Shown here in pieces: positions 11,275 to 21,892 of a stretch of DNA of 64,000 bases. Both the position numbers and the translations under genes were made by a program. The notes beneath the pieces are model-generated. The model was not told the origin of the DNA and ran no database searches. It worked only from the letters and a program-made list of their open reading frames with translations. Each line of letters opens with the position of its first letter. The stretch's first letter is position 1. This DNA comes from an uncultured Alphaproteobacteria bacterium (GTDB taxonomy: Bacteria > Pseudomonadota > Alphaproteobacteria > UBA7985 > CAJQQZ01). The stretch spans positions 31,210 through 95,209 of the forward strand of contig CAJQQZ010000054.1 of the NCBI GenBank assembly GCA_905480575.1, given 5' to 3'.

Positions 11275-11895
11275 ATGACAAAGCAGACTAACTCAGCCTT
11301 GATTCTCATCGATATCCAAAATGATTTTTGCCCCGGTGGGAAGTTGGCCGTTGTTGATGGCGATCAGGTGGTAGCGGTTGCCAACAAGCTGCAGGTGCAG
11401 TTTGAGACAACGATCCTCACACAGGATTGGCATCCGGCTGACCACAAATCCTTTGCTTCAAACCAGAGCGGTGAAGCGTTCACCTTGATTGAAATGCCTT
11501 ATGGTTCTCAAGTTCTTTGGCCGGATCATTGTATTCAAGGTAGCCAAGGGGCAGCTTTTCATAAAGACCTAGAAACAGATGGGGCTGACTTGGTTATTCG
11601 TAAAGGTTTCCGTCCAGAAATTGATTCATATTCAGCCTTTTTCGAAAACGACCATGAAACTTCGACGGGGTTGGCCGGTTATCTGCGCGAACGCGCCGTC
11701 ACTAATCTTATGATGGCTGGCTTGGCCACAGATTTCTGTGTTCGCTATTCAGCGGTCGACGCTGCCAAACTGGGCTTTGAGGTCACAGTTGTGGAAGACG
11801 GATGCCGCGCGATCGACCTTGATGGTTCCTTGGACGCTGCCTGGGAAGAAATGTTGTCGTTGGGCATCAAGCGGATTCAGTCAGGAGATCTTTAA
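11275..11895 (+). CDS. Isochorismatase-family hydrolase, nicotinamidase/pyrazinamidase-like (PncA-like)
   Basis: ALILIDIQNDFCPGG N-terminus and catalytic Cys region ATDFCVRYS. 206 aa. Confidence 0.7.
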   Translation: MTKQTNSALILIDIQNDFCPGGKLAVVDGDQVVAVANKLQVQFETTILTQDWHPADHKSFASNQSGEAFTLIEMPYGSQVLWPDHCIQGSQGAAFHKDLETDGADLVIRKGFRPEIDSYSAFFENDHETSTGLAGYLRERAVTNLMMAGLATDFCVRYSAVDAAKLGFEVTVVEDGCRAIDLDGSLDAAWEEMLSLGIKRIQSGDL

Positions 11896-11899
11896 GCCT

Positions 11900-13243
11900 G
11901 TGCTGAGCGTTCTGAAAACCTCCTCCTTCCGTCACCTGTTCATGGCTCAGGTTGTAGCCCTGCTTGGCACTGGTCTACTGACGGTAGCGCTTGGCTTGCT
12001 GGCTTATGAGTTGGCCGGCGACTCTGCAGGATTGGTTCTGGGCACGGCCTATACGATTAAGATGGTGGCTTATGTTGGTTTGGCACCTATTGCTGCTGTG
12101 GTCACCTCTCGGATGAACCGAAAATCGGTTTTGATTTGTGCGGACTTGTGCCGGGCAGGGGTGGCGCTATGTTTGCCTTTCATTGATGCGGTTTGGCAGA
12201 TCTATATATTGATCTTTGTGCTCCAAGCAGCTTCCGCCACCTTCACACCGACCTTCCAGGCGGTCATTCCCGATATTCTGAAAGATGAAAAAGACTACAC
12301 CAGCGCTTTATCACTTTCCCGCTTGGCCTATGACATCGAGAACTTAGTGTCCCCCGCTTTAGCCGGACTGTTACTCACGGTGATCTCGTTCCATTGGTTG
12401 TTCTTCGGCACAGTATTCGGGTTTGTCGTTTCTGCTTTGCTCGTGCTTGTAACTGTGATCCCCCCCTTGCTCAAAAAAGCAGAAGAAGGGACATTTTGGA
12501 ACCGTGTGACGCGCGGCAGTAAAATCTATCTCGCGACACCGAGGCTACGAGGTTTGCTTTCGCTGAATCTCGCCATTGCTGCGACAGGATCAATGGTACT
12601 CGTGAATACAATCGTCTTTGTTCGTTCTAGTTTCGAAGGGTCAGAGCAAGATGTCGCCATTGTCTTTGCTTGTTATGGTGCAGGTTCAATGATTGCGGCT
12701 TTTGCTCTGCCATCTGTGCTTGAGCGGATGCGCGATTGGCCAGTGATGATGGTCGGTGGCCTTGGATCGACGGTTGTCACTTTGACTTTTGCGCTGATCT
12801 TCTTGACCAAAGGATTGCCGAGTTGGCCGGTTTTTCTCGCTACTTGGGCTGTGCTTGGGCTATTGGGCTCCCTAGTGATGACACCCTCGGGTCGCTTGCT
12901 GCGCCGGTCGGCACACAGTGAAGATAGGCCTGCGCTCTTTGCGGCACAGTTCGCTCTCTCTCATGCCTGTTGGCTGATTGCTTATCCAACTGCGGGATAC
13001 TTCGGTAAATGGTTTGGATTGGGCGCGACGATGGTTGTTCTCGCTGGTCTCGCACTATTGGGTTGTTGGGCCGTCTACTGGTTTTGGCCATCAAAACCAC
13101 AACAGGTACTGGAACACAGCCATGATGACCTGCCACCTGACCATCCGCATTTGGCCGATGCTGTTGTCAAAAACGGAAGGAGCGTTCATAGACATTACTT
13201 TGTAATCGACGATGAACATCGCGTTTGGCCCACGCAGGGTTAG
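11900..13243 (+). CDS. MFS transporter with His-rich C-terminal tail
   Basis: Twelve predicted hydrophobic segments. GTG start 4 nt after the upstream stop, with AGGAG upstream. The track ORF 11738.. extends spuriously into the upstream gene. Confidence 0.7.
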   Translation: MLSVLKTSSFRHLFMAQVVALLGTGLLTVALGLLAYELAGDSAGLVLGTAYTIKMVAYVGLAPIAAVVTSRMNRKSVLICADLCRAGVALCLPFIDAVWQIYILIFVLQAASATFTPTFQAVIPDILKDEKDYTSALSLSRLAYDIENLVSPALAGLLLTVISFHWLFFGTVFGFVVSALLVLVTVIPPLLKKAEEGTFWNRVTRGSKIYLATPRLRGLLSLNLAIAATGSMVLVNTIVFVRSSFEGSEQDVAIVFACYGAGSMIAAFALPSVLERMRDWPVMMVGGLGSTVVTLTFALIFLTKGLPSWPVFLATWAVLGLLGSLVMTPSGRLLRRSAHSEDRPALFAAQFALSHACWLIAYPTAGYFGKWFGLGATMVVLAGLALLGCWAVYWFWPSKPQQVLEHSHDDLPPDHPHLADAVVKNGRSVHRHYFVIDDEHRVWPTQG

Positions 13244-13366
13244 TTTTTCAGATGAACGAAAACCTTTCTAGATTTGAAATTTGGATGCTGAGACCCCTAT
13301 CTTTTTAATGGTGCTTGCCAACAGTTGTTGGTAGTTTTTCAGTTTTCTTGAACAGGCGTCTAAACC

Positions 13367-15013
13367 ATGACTCATGAAGCGCGAACGGCACTACAAGATC
13401 TCGACACCGCGGATCTAAAACAAGAACTGAGCAGGGCACTCAATGCCGCTCACCTTTTGGTGGGGAACATGAAAAGCGAGTTGGCGGAACGCAAGCTCTC
13501 ACCGGCTGACCAATATGTCCGACACGGCTTTGCTTGGTACGCCGCCTATGTTGAAACATTGGCCGCAACATTTCTTTGGATGGAAGAATTGGAGGCCAGT
13601 GGTCGCTTGGGCCGACTAGAGCGGCTTATTGGGATAGCGCTATTCGGTGATTATCTTACCCAATTGGCTCACGGTATTGCCATGAGCCAGGACGAGGTGA
13701 TTAGACCGGAAAGGCTTGGCTCGACTGAGGCCATGACTGCTTATCTTGCGACAGAATCGGTTCAGGCTTGTCGTCAATCTAGTACCGCTGATCTTGCCAA
13801 AGAAATCGTCGATCTTTGTGCTGACCAAGGTGCTTATGGCAACCAGGGACTGGACGAAACCTTTGCAATGATTGCTGATCAATTCCACGCTTTCGTTGAT
13901 GAAAATGTGAGTGAGCATGCGCAAAGTTGGCACTTAGAAAACCAGTTGATCCCAGACGGCCTGGTTCGCCAGCTCGCTGATCTCGGCGTCTTTGGTTTGA
14001 CGATTAGCGAGGACTTTGGCGGCACAGGTCTTGGCAAATTGGCTATGTGTATTGTGACCGAAGAGCTGTCGCGCGGTTATATCGGTGTTGGCAGTTTGGG
14101 CACCCGCTCAGAGATCGCAGGTGAACTTATCCAGATTGGTGGGACAGAAGAACAAAAGGCCAAGTACTTGCCAGCTATTGCATCTGGTGAAATTTTGCCC
14201 GTGGCCGTTTTTACGGAGCCTAACACTGGGTCTGACTTGGCATCGCTTCGAACAAGAGCGGAGAAGATTGACGGTCGTTACAAAATAACTGGTAACAAAA
14301 CCTGGATTACGCACGCCGGTCGTTCAGACCTTATGACTTTGCTGGTACGGACAAATCCGGATGAGCCAGGTCATCGCGGTCTGACGATGCTGTTGGCAGA
14401 AAAACAACGCGGCACGGATGAAGAACCTTTCCCAACGCCTGGAATGTCTGGAGGAGAAATTCATGTTCTCGGCTATCGCGGCATGAAGGAATATGAAATT
14501 GCTTTTGACGGGTTTGAGGTTCCAATAAACGCTGCCCTTGGCGGTGAAGAGGGTCAAGGCTTTCGCCAGTTGATGCAAACTTTCGAGGCAGCCCGTATTC
14601 AAACCGCCGCTCGTGCCATGGGCGTAGCCGTCAACGCAATGGAAGTATCCTTCGCTTACGCCCAAGACCGTGTCCAATTCGGCAAACCGATCATCGAGAA
14701 CGAACGCATTTACGGCAAGCTGGCGCGCATGGTTGTTGAGATCATGGGTGTACGTCAATTGACATACGCTGCCGCCCGCAAAAAAGACCAAGGCGGTCGT
14801 TGTGACGTGGAGGCGGGCATGGCCAAGTTGTTGGCGGCTCGACTGGCTTGGTCAGCGGCGGATAATGGTCTCCAGATTCATGGCGGCAATGGCTACTCTT
14901 TGGAATTCCCAATTTCCCGCATTCTTTGCGACGCACGCATTCTCAACATCTTCGAAGGTGCCGCTGAAATGCAAGCAGAGATCATAGCGCGTGGTTTGTT
15001 GCCGAAGATTTAA
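13367..15013 (+). CDS. Acyl-CoA dehydrogenase with an approximately 170-aa N-terminal extension
   Basis: ACAD core (FGLTISEDFGGTG, TEPNTGSDLASL, C-terminal IFEGAAEMQAEIIARG). 548 aa. Confidence 0.8.
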   Translation: MTHEARTALQDLDTADLKQELSRALNAAHLLVGNMKSELAERKLSPADQYVRHGFAWYAAYVETLAATFLWMEELEASGRLGRLERLIGIALFGDYLTQLAHGIAMSQDEVIRPERLGSTEAMTAYLATESVQACRQSSTADLAKEIVDLCADQGAYGNQGLDETFAMIADQFHAFVDENVSEHAQSWHLENQLIPDGLVRQLADLGVFGLTISEDFGGTGLGKLAMCIVTEELSRGYIGVGSLGTRSEIAGELIQIGGTEEQKAKYLPAIASGEILPVAVFTEPNTGSDLASLRTRAEKIDGRYKITGNKTWITHAGRSDLMTLLVRTNPDEPGHRGLTMLLAEKQRGTDEEPFPTPGMSGGEIHVLGYRGMKEYEIAFDGFEVPINAALGGEEGQGFRQLMQTFEAARIQTAARAMGVAVNAMEVSFAYAQDRVQFGKPIIENERIYGKLARMVVEIMGVRQLTYAAARKKDQGGRCDVEAGMAKLLAARLAWSAADNGLQIHGGNGYSLEFPISRILCDARILNIFEGAAEMQAEIIARGLLPKI

Positions 15014-15026
15014 ATCTCTTCGCTAT

Positions 15027-16208
15027 CTACTTCGATTGAAAAGCTGAAGAACAAGCAACTTGTGTCTTCATCGCTGCTAGATAAAGATCATGAAAATAAC
15101 GCATAGCATGTTCTGAAATGTCATGGGCTTCAGGATCGGTCACATACCAGCCTTGTTGGTAACCACGTTGATGCATGCCACGTTGAACGTTTTCACAAAG
15201 CGCTTTGTCTTCCGCTGAGACCGTTGGGAACCATTCGGCACGTTGATTGTGGCGCTGTTCCATTTCTGGGTCTGTTGGAGCAGGAGGCTTCAGAGTTACC
15301 GATTTTCGCATAGTGCTGTCAGGCGTGACGGGGGTTACTGTTGATAGGTAGAAACCTTTGGCACCGGGGAATTGCCCAATAAGAGTGTTAGGGAAAAGCC
15401 ACCAAAAATGCCCGGTTGTGATGTCGTGATTGCGGTCCAGCGGAAAGGCTTTGTTTTCTGCTTTATCGTCTGTTGGTGCGATCTGAAAAGTGTAGTTCTG
15501 ATTGAGAGCGAATGACGATTTGCCGAGATCCATCATGTCATTGAATTGATCATGGGCGTTCAAGCAGTGATGGCATTCCAAATAATTATCGACCAGGACT
15601 TTCCAATTGGCCTCGCAAGGATAGTCGATGTCTAATTGAACGGTTTCTTCAGGTCGCATAGATGGGAGATCAGGCTCAATCGATAATATTTGTTCCTCAA
15701 GCCCTGGAGCGAAAACAGAGAGCGGTTGAGCCTGTGGGTCTAAGTTGATGAAAATGAAATCAACTAGGTGATCCACACGAATTTCCGACAAACAGATTTC
15801 GTCGTTTGATGGACCGGCAAGTGTCTCCGAGCTGCGGGCACCGATGCGTTTACCATCGAGGGCAAAGGTCCAAGCGTGATAGGGGCAAGTAATTCGGCTT
15901 TTCTTGCCTGATCCTTCCACCAGTTGATGGCCTCGGTGGGGGCAGACATTGTAGAAGGCGCGGATTTTATCTTCACGATCTTTGACCAAAAATAAGTTTT
16001 GATCGAAGATTTTGATCGTAACGAAGGAGCCTGGGTCTGACAGTTCGCTGGCATGACAAGCATAAAGCCAAGAGCGGAAGAAGACCTTTTCCTTCTCTTG
16101 GTTGAGCTCATCCTTGGAGATGTAATAGATTGCCTCGAGAGTCCTTTTACGGTCCGTTTCAATCGTTTGGCAGTCTAGTTGATCAAGCATCGCTTTATCT
16201 CTCACCAA
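15027..16208 (-). CDS. Rieske non-heme iron oxygenase alpha subunit (aromatic ring-hydroxylating / demethylase type)
   Basis: Rieske motif CPHRGHQL…CPYHAW and mononuclear iron motif DNYLECHHCLNAH. 393 aa. No adjacent reductase or ferredoxin gene. Confidence 0.8.
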   Translation of the reverse strand: MVRDKAMLDQLDCQTIETDRKRTLEAIYYISKDELNQEKEKVFFRSWLYACHASELSDPGSFVTIKIFDQNLFLVKDREDKIRAFYNVCPHRGHQLVEGSGKKSRITCPYHAWTFALDGKRIGARSSETLAGPSNDEICLSEIRVDHLVDFIFINLDPQAQPLSVFAPGLEEQILSIEPDLPSMRPEETVQLDIDYPCEANWKVLVDNYLECHHCLNAHDQFNDMMDLGKSSFALNQNYTFQIAPTDDKAENKAFPLDRNHDITTGHFWWLFPNTLIGQFPGAKGFYLSTVTPVTPDSTMRKSVTLKPPAPTDPEMEQRHNQRAEWFPTVSAEDKALCENVQRGMHQRGYQQGWYVTDPEAHDISEHAMRYFHDLYLAAMKTQVACSSAFQSK

Positions 16209-16390
16209 CGTTTGGTGCAGTTAATCACAGATTGGGCGGATGACCAGCGAAAAATACACAGGCCGTTTCGCCGCCTCTTTTCCTATATCGTACGCCCCAT
16301 TGTCGGAGGCATACCATGCGGTGCTGTCGTTGACCGTAACGTGAATTGTAGAGAACAGAACCCAGTGCTAATTCTTAGTCAAATTCACCA

Positions 16391-16873
16391 TTGTTACGAA
16401 ATGGGTTTGCCATGACCGAAAATTCGCTTAACCGCCGCTCCGCGCTGTTGATGGCTGCTGGTGCCATGACGACTTTGATTTTCCCAACGCTCGGTTTTGC
16501 CAAGAGCCTCGTTTCAAAAACCAAAGCCGGTGTGGCCATCAAGGGTCATGACACTACTGCCTATTTTCAGAAGGGCTCTCATGGCAAAGGCAGCAAGACT
16601 CATGTCGTTGAATGGGAAGGTGCGAAGTGGCGTTTTGCTTCAGCGGAAGAGGCCGCTTTGTTCAAAACAAACCCTGCTGCTTACACGCCGCAGTTTTGTG
16701 GATTTTGCACCCGGGCGATGTCTTTTGGATCAAAGGTCCATTCCAATCCAAAGGTCTGGCGCATTTACAAGGACAAACTCTATTTGTTCGCGGCACCCAA
16801 AGGCGGTAAGTTCTTTGACAAAGGTCAGGATAAAATGATCGAGAAGGCCCAAGCTAATTGGGACAACCTTTAA
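16391..16873 (+). CDS. YHS-domain protein with twin-arginine signal
   Basis: NRRSALLMAAGA TAT-like signal. YHS/TRASH-like region GHDTTAYF…CGFC. Alternative start at MTENS (16412). Confidence 0.6.
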   Translation: MLRNGFAMTENSLNRRSALLMAAGAMTTLIFPTLGFAKSLVSKTKAGVAIKGHDTTAYFQKGSHGKGSKTHVVEWEGAKWRFASAEEAALFKTNPAAYTPQFCGFCTRAMSFGSKVHSNPKVWRIYKDKLYLFAAPKGGKFFDKGQDKMIEKAQANWDNL

Positions 16874-16888
16874 GCCACTAGAGGAAAC

Positions 16889-17563
16889 ATGGAACTTAAC
16901 GCCAATTTTGACGAGCGTGTCTCGGTACACTGTCATTCCAATCCTTGGGTGCCTTCCCCCATGGGCGGGGTTGAGCGCCGAATGTTGGATCGCTTAGGCG
17001 ATGAGGTGGCACGCGCCACAACCATTGTTCGCTTTGCACCTGGCAGCCAGTTCTCGCCGCATGTTCACGAGGGCGGAGAGGAATTCCTGGTTCTGGAAGG
17101 TGTTTTTCAGGACGAACATGGCGACTTCCCAGCGGGCTCATATATCCGCAATCCACCAACGACGTCGCACACACCAGGATCAGAAGCGGGGTGCACAATC
17201 TTCGTAAAGCTTTGGCAATTTGATTTGGCCGATAGAACGGAAGTGTTCCACAGACCTGAAGATCAAACCTTCAAAGCAATTGGTGCTGAGGTAGAGCAGT
17301 TCCTGCTTCACAAAGATGACAATGAAGCGGTCACAATGGAAAAGTGGGCAGCCGGGGCAACAGTTGAGTTACAAGCCCCAGACGGCTTGGAAGTTTTGGT
17401 CCTTGAGGGTGGTTTTAGTGAAGGTGAGGAGAGTTTTGAAAAATACTCTTGGCTCAGACTGCCACGGGGTGCATCGGTGACCGCCAAGGTTGGAACAGAA
17501 GGTGCCAAAGTTTGGGTGAAGCGAGGTCATCTTGCACGGCAGCCAAAAGCGCCTAATCCTTAA
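16889..17563 (+). CDS. Bicupin protein with ChrR-like (anti-sigma factor C-terminal type) cupin domains
   Basis: Two cupin repeats. The first, PHVHEGGEEFLVLEGVFQDEHGDFPAGSYIRNPPTTSHTPGSEAGCTIFVKLWQF, resembles the ChrR C-terminal domain. Confidence 0.55.
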   Translation: MELNANFDERVSVHCHSNPWVPSPMGGVERRMLDRLGDEVARATTIVRFAPGSQFSPHVHEGGEEFLVLEGVFQDEHGDFPAGSYIRNPPTTSHTPGSEAGCTIFVKLWQFDLADRTEVFHRPEDQTFKAIGAEVEQFLLHKDDNEAVTMEKWAAGATVELQAPDGLEVLVLEGGFSEGEESFEKYSWLRLPRGASVTAKVGTEGAKVWVKRGHLARQPKAPNP

Positions 17564-17566
17564 TCT

Positions 17567-18586
17567 CTAGTCAGTGAAGTGAGGCATAACTTCTTCAGCG
17601 AGCTGCTGAATGGTTTCCAGTGTTTCTGACTGAGTCATTCCGAAATTCAAATTTAGGATAATGCGGTTGACACCTAACTCTTGATAAGGCTTGAGCTTGT
17701 CGATCATTTCTTGAGGTGTGCAAATCAGCAAACCTTCGCCGAGATCTTCGGCCGTTTGTTTTCGCGGCAAGGGTTCGATCATGCCATTTTTGACGATGCC
17801 AGGCCCAGTGAAAACGTTGTCGAAGCGGCTGTAGTAGTCGTCGGCTTGCTGAATTTTCCGCCAACGATCTTTATCCGATGATGCCATGAAGGCGACACGT
17901 GATAGAGAGAGGGTCAGATCGCTACCCTTTTCTCCCAGCGCGTCCTTACCACGATTAAAGGCACTCACTTGATCCACCATATGCTGGTGATCGCCGGACA
18001 ATGGCGTGGTTTGAATATGGAAACCACGCTTAGCACAGGCTTCAATAGCCTCGGGAATGAGAACAGCCATCATGATCGGTGGACCTTCGCCGTTGATCGG
18101 TCTCGGCATAACAGTGAGTGGATCGAACTTGTAATACTTGCCGCCCCAGGAGACTTCTTCCTCACGCATCAGGGCTTGAAGCACATTCAAGGACTCGTCA
18201 AATTTCTCACGCGTCGAAGCCATATCAACGCCTAGACGTTCGACCTCAAAGGCATAAGCGCCACGGCCCACACCGAGCATCAGCCGTCCATCAGTCAACA
18301 TGTCAGTGACAATGACTTCGCCAGCATAGGTACGCATATCGTGGATAGGCAACACCACGACGGAGGTCATGATCTTCACACGTTTTGTCGCCGAGGCTAT
18401 CTTCACTGCCATTTGCAAGGGCGCAGGCTGCATTAAGATATTGATTAGATGGTGTTCGGTTAGCGAAACAGAATCGTAACCCAGCTCGTCTGCCAACACA
18501 GCTTGTTCAAGCATGTCCTTGTAAACTTGATCCCCACCGTAAGACTTGTCTGGGAAGTAGGAAGAAAGCTGAATTGAAAAATCCAT
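17567..18586 (-). CDS. LLM-class (luciferase-like) flavin-dependent oxidoreductase
   Basis: 339 aa TIM-barrel luciferase-like monooxygenase signature (LTEHHL…, GRLMLGVGRG). Confidence 0.75.
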   Translation of the reverse strand: MDFSIQLSSYFPDKSYGGDQVYKDMLEQAVLADELGYDSVSLTEHHLINILMQPAPLQMAVKIASATKRVKIMTSVVVLPIHDMRTYAGEVIVTDMLTDGRLMLGVGRGAYAFEVERLGVDMASTREKFDESLNVLQALMREEEVSWGGKYYKFDPLTVMPRPINGEGPPIMMAVLIPEAIEACAKRGFHIQTTPLSGDHQHMVDQVSAFNRGKDALGEKGSDLTLSLSRVAFMASSDKDRWRKIQQADDYYSRFDNVFTGPGIVKNGMIEPLPRKQTAEDLGEGLLICTPQEMIDKLKPYQELGVNRIILNLNFGMTQSETLETIQQLAEEVMPHFTD

Positions 18587-18886
18587 ATGAGCGGGCCTCT
18601 GTCATAACCGTTGCCACTATCAGAGAATTCCACTTCTTTGACAATTGAATTTCTGTCCTGCTTGCTTGATTTGGTTCACAGCGTTCAGTTTTGCTTAAAC
18701 AGCGATCAAAATATAATAAATGCGGGGGCCTGCGACAGTTAGAGCGATGGCCGCTCGAGCACTTAGTGCTATTTCCTTATTTGATCATCGGGTGCGACAA
18801 ACAGTATGGTTGTTAATGAATAAAATTAACATATCTTCATGTTTGAATGTTTCATCTGAAGCATGTTCGAAACAAGGGGTAGGGTT

Positions 18887-20446
18887 ATGAAGATTGGTGC
18901 TCCAAAGGAGACCTTTAAAGGCGAAGATCGTGTGGCGATGACGCCTCAGTCAGCCCAAGCATTACAGAAGCTTGGCTATGACTGTCTGATAGAATCTGGT
19001 GCTGGCGCTGCAGCGCGATTCAGCGACGAAGACTATGCTGCTGCTGGTGTGGAAGTCGTCAAGACGGCATCTGCACTTTGGAAAGCAGCCGACATTGTCG
19101 CGAAAGTTCGCCCGCCTTCTGACGCAGAAACCAAGAAACTGCGCAAAGGTCAGACCCTGATCTCCTTCTTCTATCCGGCACAGAACGAAGCTCTGCTCGA
19201 GAAGGTCAATAAAGCCGGTTCAACGCTGATCGCCATGGATATGGTGCCGCGCATCTCGCGTGCACAGAAGATGGATGCGCTGTCTTCTATGGCCAATATC
19301 GCTGGCTACCGTGCCGTCATTGAAGCGGGCAATAACTTCGGTCGTTTCTTCACTGGACAGATCACTGCCGCTGGAAAGGTTCCGCCGGCGAAGGTTTTGG
19401 TGATCGGTGCAGGTGTGGCTGGTTTGGCGGCTATTGGTGCTGCTCAGTCCATGGGTGCGATCGTGCGTGCTTTTGACGTTCGCCCAGAAGTGGCGGAACA
19501 AATTGAATCCATGGGCGCAGAGTTCCTCTTCCTTGATTTTGAAGAGAGCGGCTCAGGCGATGGTGGCTATGCTGCGCCTTCCAGCCCTGAATTCCGCGAG
19601 AAGCAACTGGCTTTGTTCCGCGAACAAGCACCGGATGTTGACATCGTTATAACAACGGCTTTGATCCCTGGTCGTGACGCGCCAAAGCTTTGGCTTGAAG
19701 ACATGGTCATGGCCATGAAGCCTGGTTCTCTGATTGTCGATTTGGCAGCAGAGCGTGGTGGCAACTGCGACCTCACACAGATGGACAAGAAGGTAGAGAC
19801 TTCCAATGGTGTGACCGTGATCGGCTACACAGACTTCCCAAGTCGAATGGCCGCTCAGTCCTCCACTCTATATTCGACCAACGTTCGCCACATGATGGAT
19901 GATCTGACACCGGAGAAAGACGGTCAAGTGTTCCATAACATGGATGACGACGTGATCCGTGGTGCAACGGCGGCGCATGAGGGAGAGGTTACTTTCCCAC
20001 CGCCACCGCCGAAAATTCAAGCCATTGCGAAAGCGGTTCCAAAAGCGCCGGAAAAGACAGCGGAAGAAATAGCCGCTGAAGAAGCGGCGGCCATGAAAAA
20101 AGCCGGCCGTTTCCAGACTTTGATTTTGATTGCTGGCGGTTTGCTGATGGCTTTTATCGGGGCTTTTGCACCAGCGAGCTTCATGCAGCACTTCATTGTG
20201 TTTGCCTTATCCTGCTTCGTAGGTTTCCAGGTAATCTGGAACGTCAGTCACGCCCTTCATACACCCTTGATGGCAGTCACTAACGCGATCTCCGGCATCA
20301 TCATTGTCGGTGCTTTGCTCCAGGTTGGTTCTTCCTCAACTATTGTCATGGTCTTGGCGGCGATCTCAGTATTGATTGCTTCCATCAACATTGTCGGGGG
20401 CTTTATGGTCACCCGTCGTATGTTGGCCATGTTCCAGAAATCTTAG
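18887..20446 (+). CDS. pntA: NAD(P) transhydrogenase alpha subunit, with fused alpha1 dehydrogenase domain and alpha2 membrane domain
   Basis: MKIGAPKE start with a GGGGTAGGG RBS. Alanine-dehydrogenase-like NAD domain ([17 protein letters not shown]) plus four C-terminal TM helices. Confidence 0.9.
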   Translation: MKIGAPKETFKGEDRVAMTPQSAQALQKLGYDCLIESGAGAAARFSDEDYAAAGVEVVKTASALWKAADIVAKVRPPSDAETKKLRKGQTLISFFYPAQNEALLEKVNKAGSTLIAMDMVPRISRAQKMDALSSMANIAGYRAVIEAGNNFGRFFTGQITAAGKVPPAKVLVIGAGVAGLAAIGAAQSMGAIVRAFDVRPEVAEQIESMGAEFLFLDFEESGSGDGGYAAPSSPEFREKQLALFREQAPDVDIVITTALIPGRDAPKLWLEDMVMAMKPGSLIVDLAAERGGNCDLTQMDKKVETSNGVTVIGYTDFPSRMAAQSSTLYSTNVRHMMDDLTPEKDGQVFHNMDDDVIRGATAAHEGEVTFPPPPPKIQAIAKAVPKAPEKTAEEIAAEEAAAMKKAGRFQTLILIAGGLLMAFIGAFAPASFMQHFIVFALSCFVGFQVIWNVSHALHTPLMAVTNAISGIIIVGALLQVGSSSTIVMVLAAISVLIASINIVGGFMVTRRMLAMFQKS

Positions 20447-20462
20447 AGGTAGGAGAGAGCAC

Positions 20463-21836
20463 ATGAGTACAGGTATCGTTACCGCAGCTTACATTGCTGC
20501 TTCCGTTCTTTTCATCCTTTCGCTGGGTGGTTTGAGTAACCAAGAGTCCGCTAAGCGCGCTGTTTGGTACGGCATTGTCGGTATGGCGATTGCTGTTCTG
20601 GCGACTGTCTTTGGTCCTCTTGTTGAGTTAAGCACGATCCTAGTGGTGATGATTGCCGTTGGTGCCGTCATTGGCATTATCGTTGCGCAGCGTGTCGAGA
20701 TGACTGGTATGCCCCAGTTAGTGGCAGCACTGCATTCCTTCGTTGGTTTGGCTGCTGTCTTCATTGGCATTAACTCAGACTTCAACCCTCCTGCTGGATT
20801 GGCTGGCGCAGAACTGATCATCCATGAGGTTGAGATCTTCTTGGGCGTCTTTATTGGAGCCATCACCTTCACTGGCTCCATCATCGCCTATGGTAAATTG
20901 GCTGGGTCGATCAACGGTAAAGCTCTGACACTGCCGGGTCGTCACGCTTTCAATTCGATTATGGTTATCGCCTGCCTTGTCTTGGGCGCAATGTATATGA
21001 ACCACGCTGGTCCTTGGACATTGTATGCCATGACAGCAATCGCTTTCATCATTGGTATCCATATGGTGATGGCCATTGGTGGCGCCGACATGCCGGTGGT
21101 TGTTTCCATGCTGAATTCCTATTCAGGTTGGGCCGCAGCGGCGACCGGCTTCCTGCTAGGCAATGATTTGTTGATCGTGACTGGTGCGCTGGTTGGTTCC
21201 TCAGGTGCGATCCTGTCCTACATCATGTGTAAAGCCATGAACCGATCCTTTATCTCCGTTATCCTCGGCGGCTTTGGCGGCAGTAAAGGCCCGGCCATGG
21301 AAATTGATGGCGAGATGATCGCAACGGATGCAGACTCGGTGGCAGCCTCTCTTGATGAAGCTGACTCTGTTGTCATTGTTCCGGGCTACGGCATGGCAGT
21401 AGCACAAGCGCAGAGTTCCGTTTCAGAGCTCACCAGACGTCTTCGCGCTAAAGGCAAGAATGTCCGTTTTGCCATTCACCCCGTTGCTGGTCGTTTGCCG
21501 GGACACATGAACGTATTGTTGGCCGAAGCCAAAGTACCCTACGACATCGTGTTAGAAATGGATGAGATCAACGATGATCTGCCAGACACAGATGTGGTCA
21601 TGGTGATTGGGTCAAACGATATCGTTAATCCAGCAGCACAAGAAGATCCTAACTCTCCGATCGCAGGTATGCCGGTGTTGGAAGTCTGGAAAGCTAAGCA
21701 AGTGTTTGTTTCCAAGCGTGGTCAGGGAACGGGCTACTCAGGTGTCGAGAACCCGCTGTTCTTCAAAGAAAACACCCGCATGTTCTACGGTGACGCGAAG
21801 GCGTCGATTGACGCGCTGTTGCAGAAGATTTCTTGA
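20463..21836 (+). CDS. pntB: NAD(P) transhydrogenase beta subunit
   Basis: Multi-TM N-terminal domain plus a C-terminal NADP(H)-binding dIII domain ([10 protein letters not shown]…[12 protein letters not shown]). Directly follows pntA. Confidence 0.9.
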   Translation: MSTGIVTAAYIAASVLFILSLGGLSNQESAKRAVWYGIVGMAIAVLATVFGPLVELSTILVVMIAVGAVIGIIVAQRVEMTGMPQLVAALHSFVGLAAVFIGINSDFNPPAGLAGAELIIHEVEIFLGVFIGAITFTGSIIAYGKLAGSINGKALTLPGRHAFNSIMVIACLVLGAMYMNHAGPWTLYAMTAIAFIIGIHMVMAIGGADMPVVVSMLNSYSGWAAAATGFLLGNDLLIVTGALVGSSGAILSYIMCKAMNRSFISVILGGFGGSKGPAMEIDGEMIATDADSVAASLDEADSVVIVPGYGMAVAQAQSSVSELTRRLRAKGKNVRFAIHPVAGRLPGHMNVLLAEAKVPYDIVLEMDEINDDLPDTDVVMVIGSNDIVNPAAQEDPNSPIAGMPVLEVWKAKQVFVSKRGQGTGYSGVENPLFFKENTRMFYGDAKASIDALLQKIS

Positions 21837-21860
21837 TCAAACAAAGATCAACGATCAAAG

Positions 21861-21888
21861 CCTCACTCTCACGAGTGGGGCTTTTTTT
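21861..21888 (+). terminator. Rho-independent terminator after pntB
   Basis: CCTCACTC-tcac-GAGTGGGG hairpin followed by CTTTTTTT. Confidence 0.7.
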
Positions 21889-21892
21889 GTAC

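Noticed and set aside
11738-11899. 5' extension of the MFS ORF into the isochorismatase-like gene
   Set aside because: It overlaps the upstream CDS in another frame. A GTG at 11900 with an AGGAG RBS gives a normal MFS N-terminus.
16391-16873. Possible selenocysteine in the YHS-domain protein
   Set aside because: No in-frame TGA and no SECIS-like hairpin. The ORF is continuous with standard codons.
18587-18886. 300-nt AT-rich intergenic region upstream of pntA as a possible sRNA
   Set aside because: No terminator-like hairpin or conserved structure was discernible. More simply explained as the pntAB promoter/UTR.
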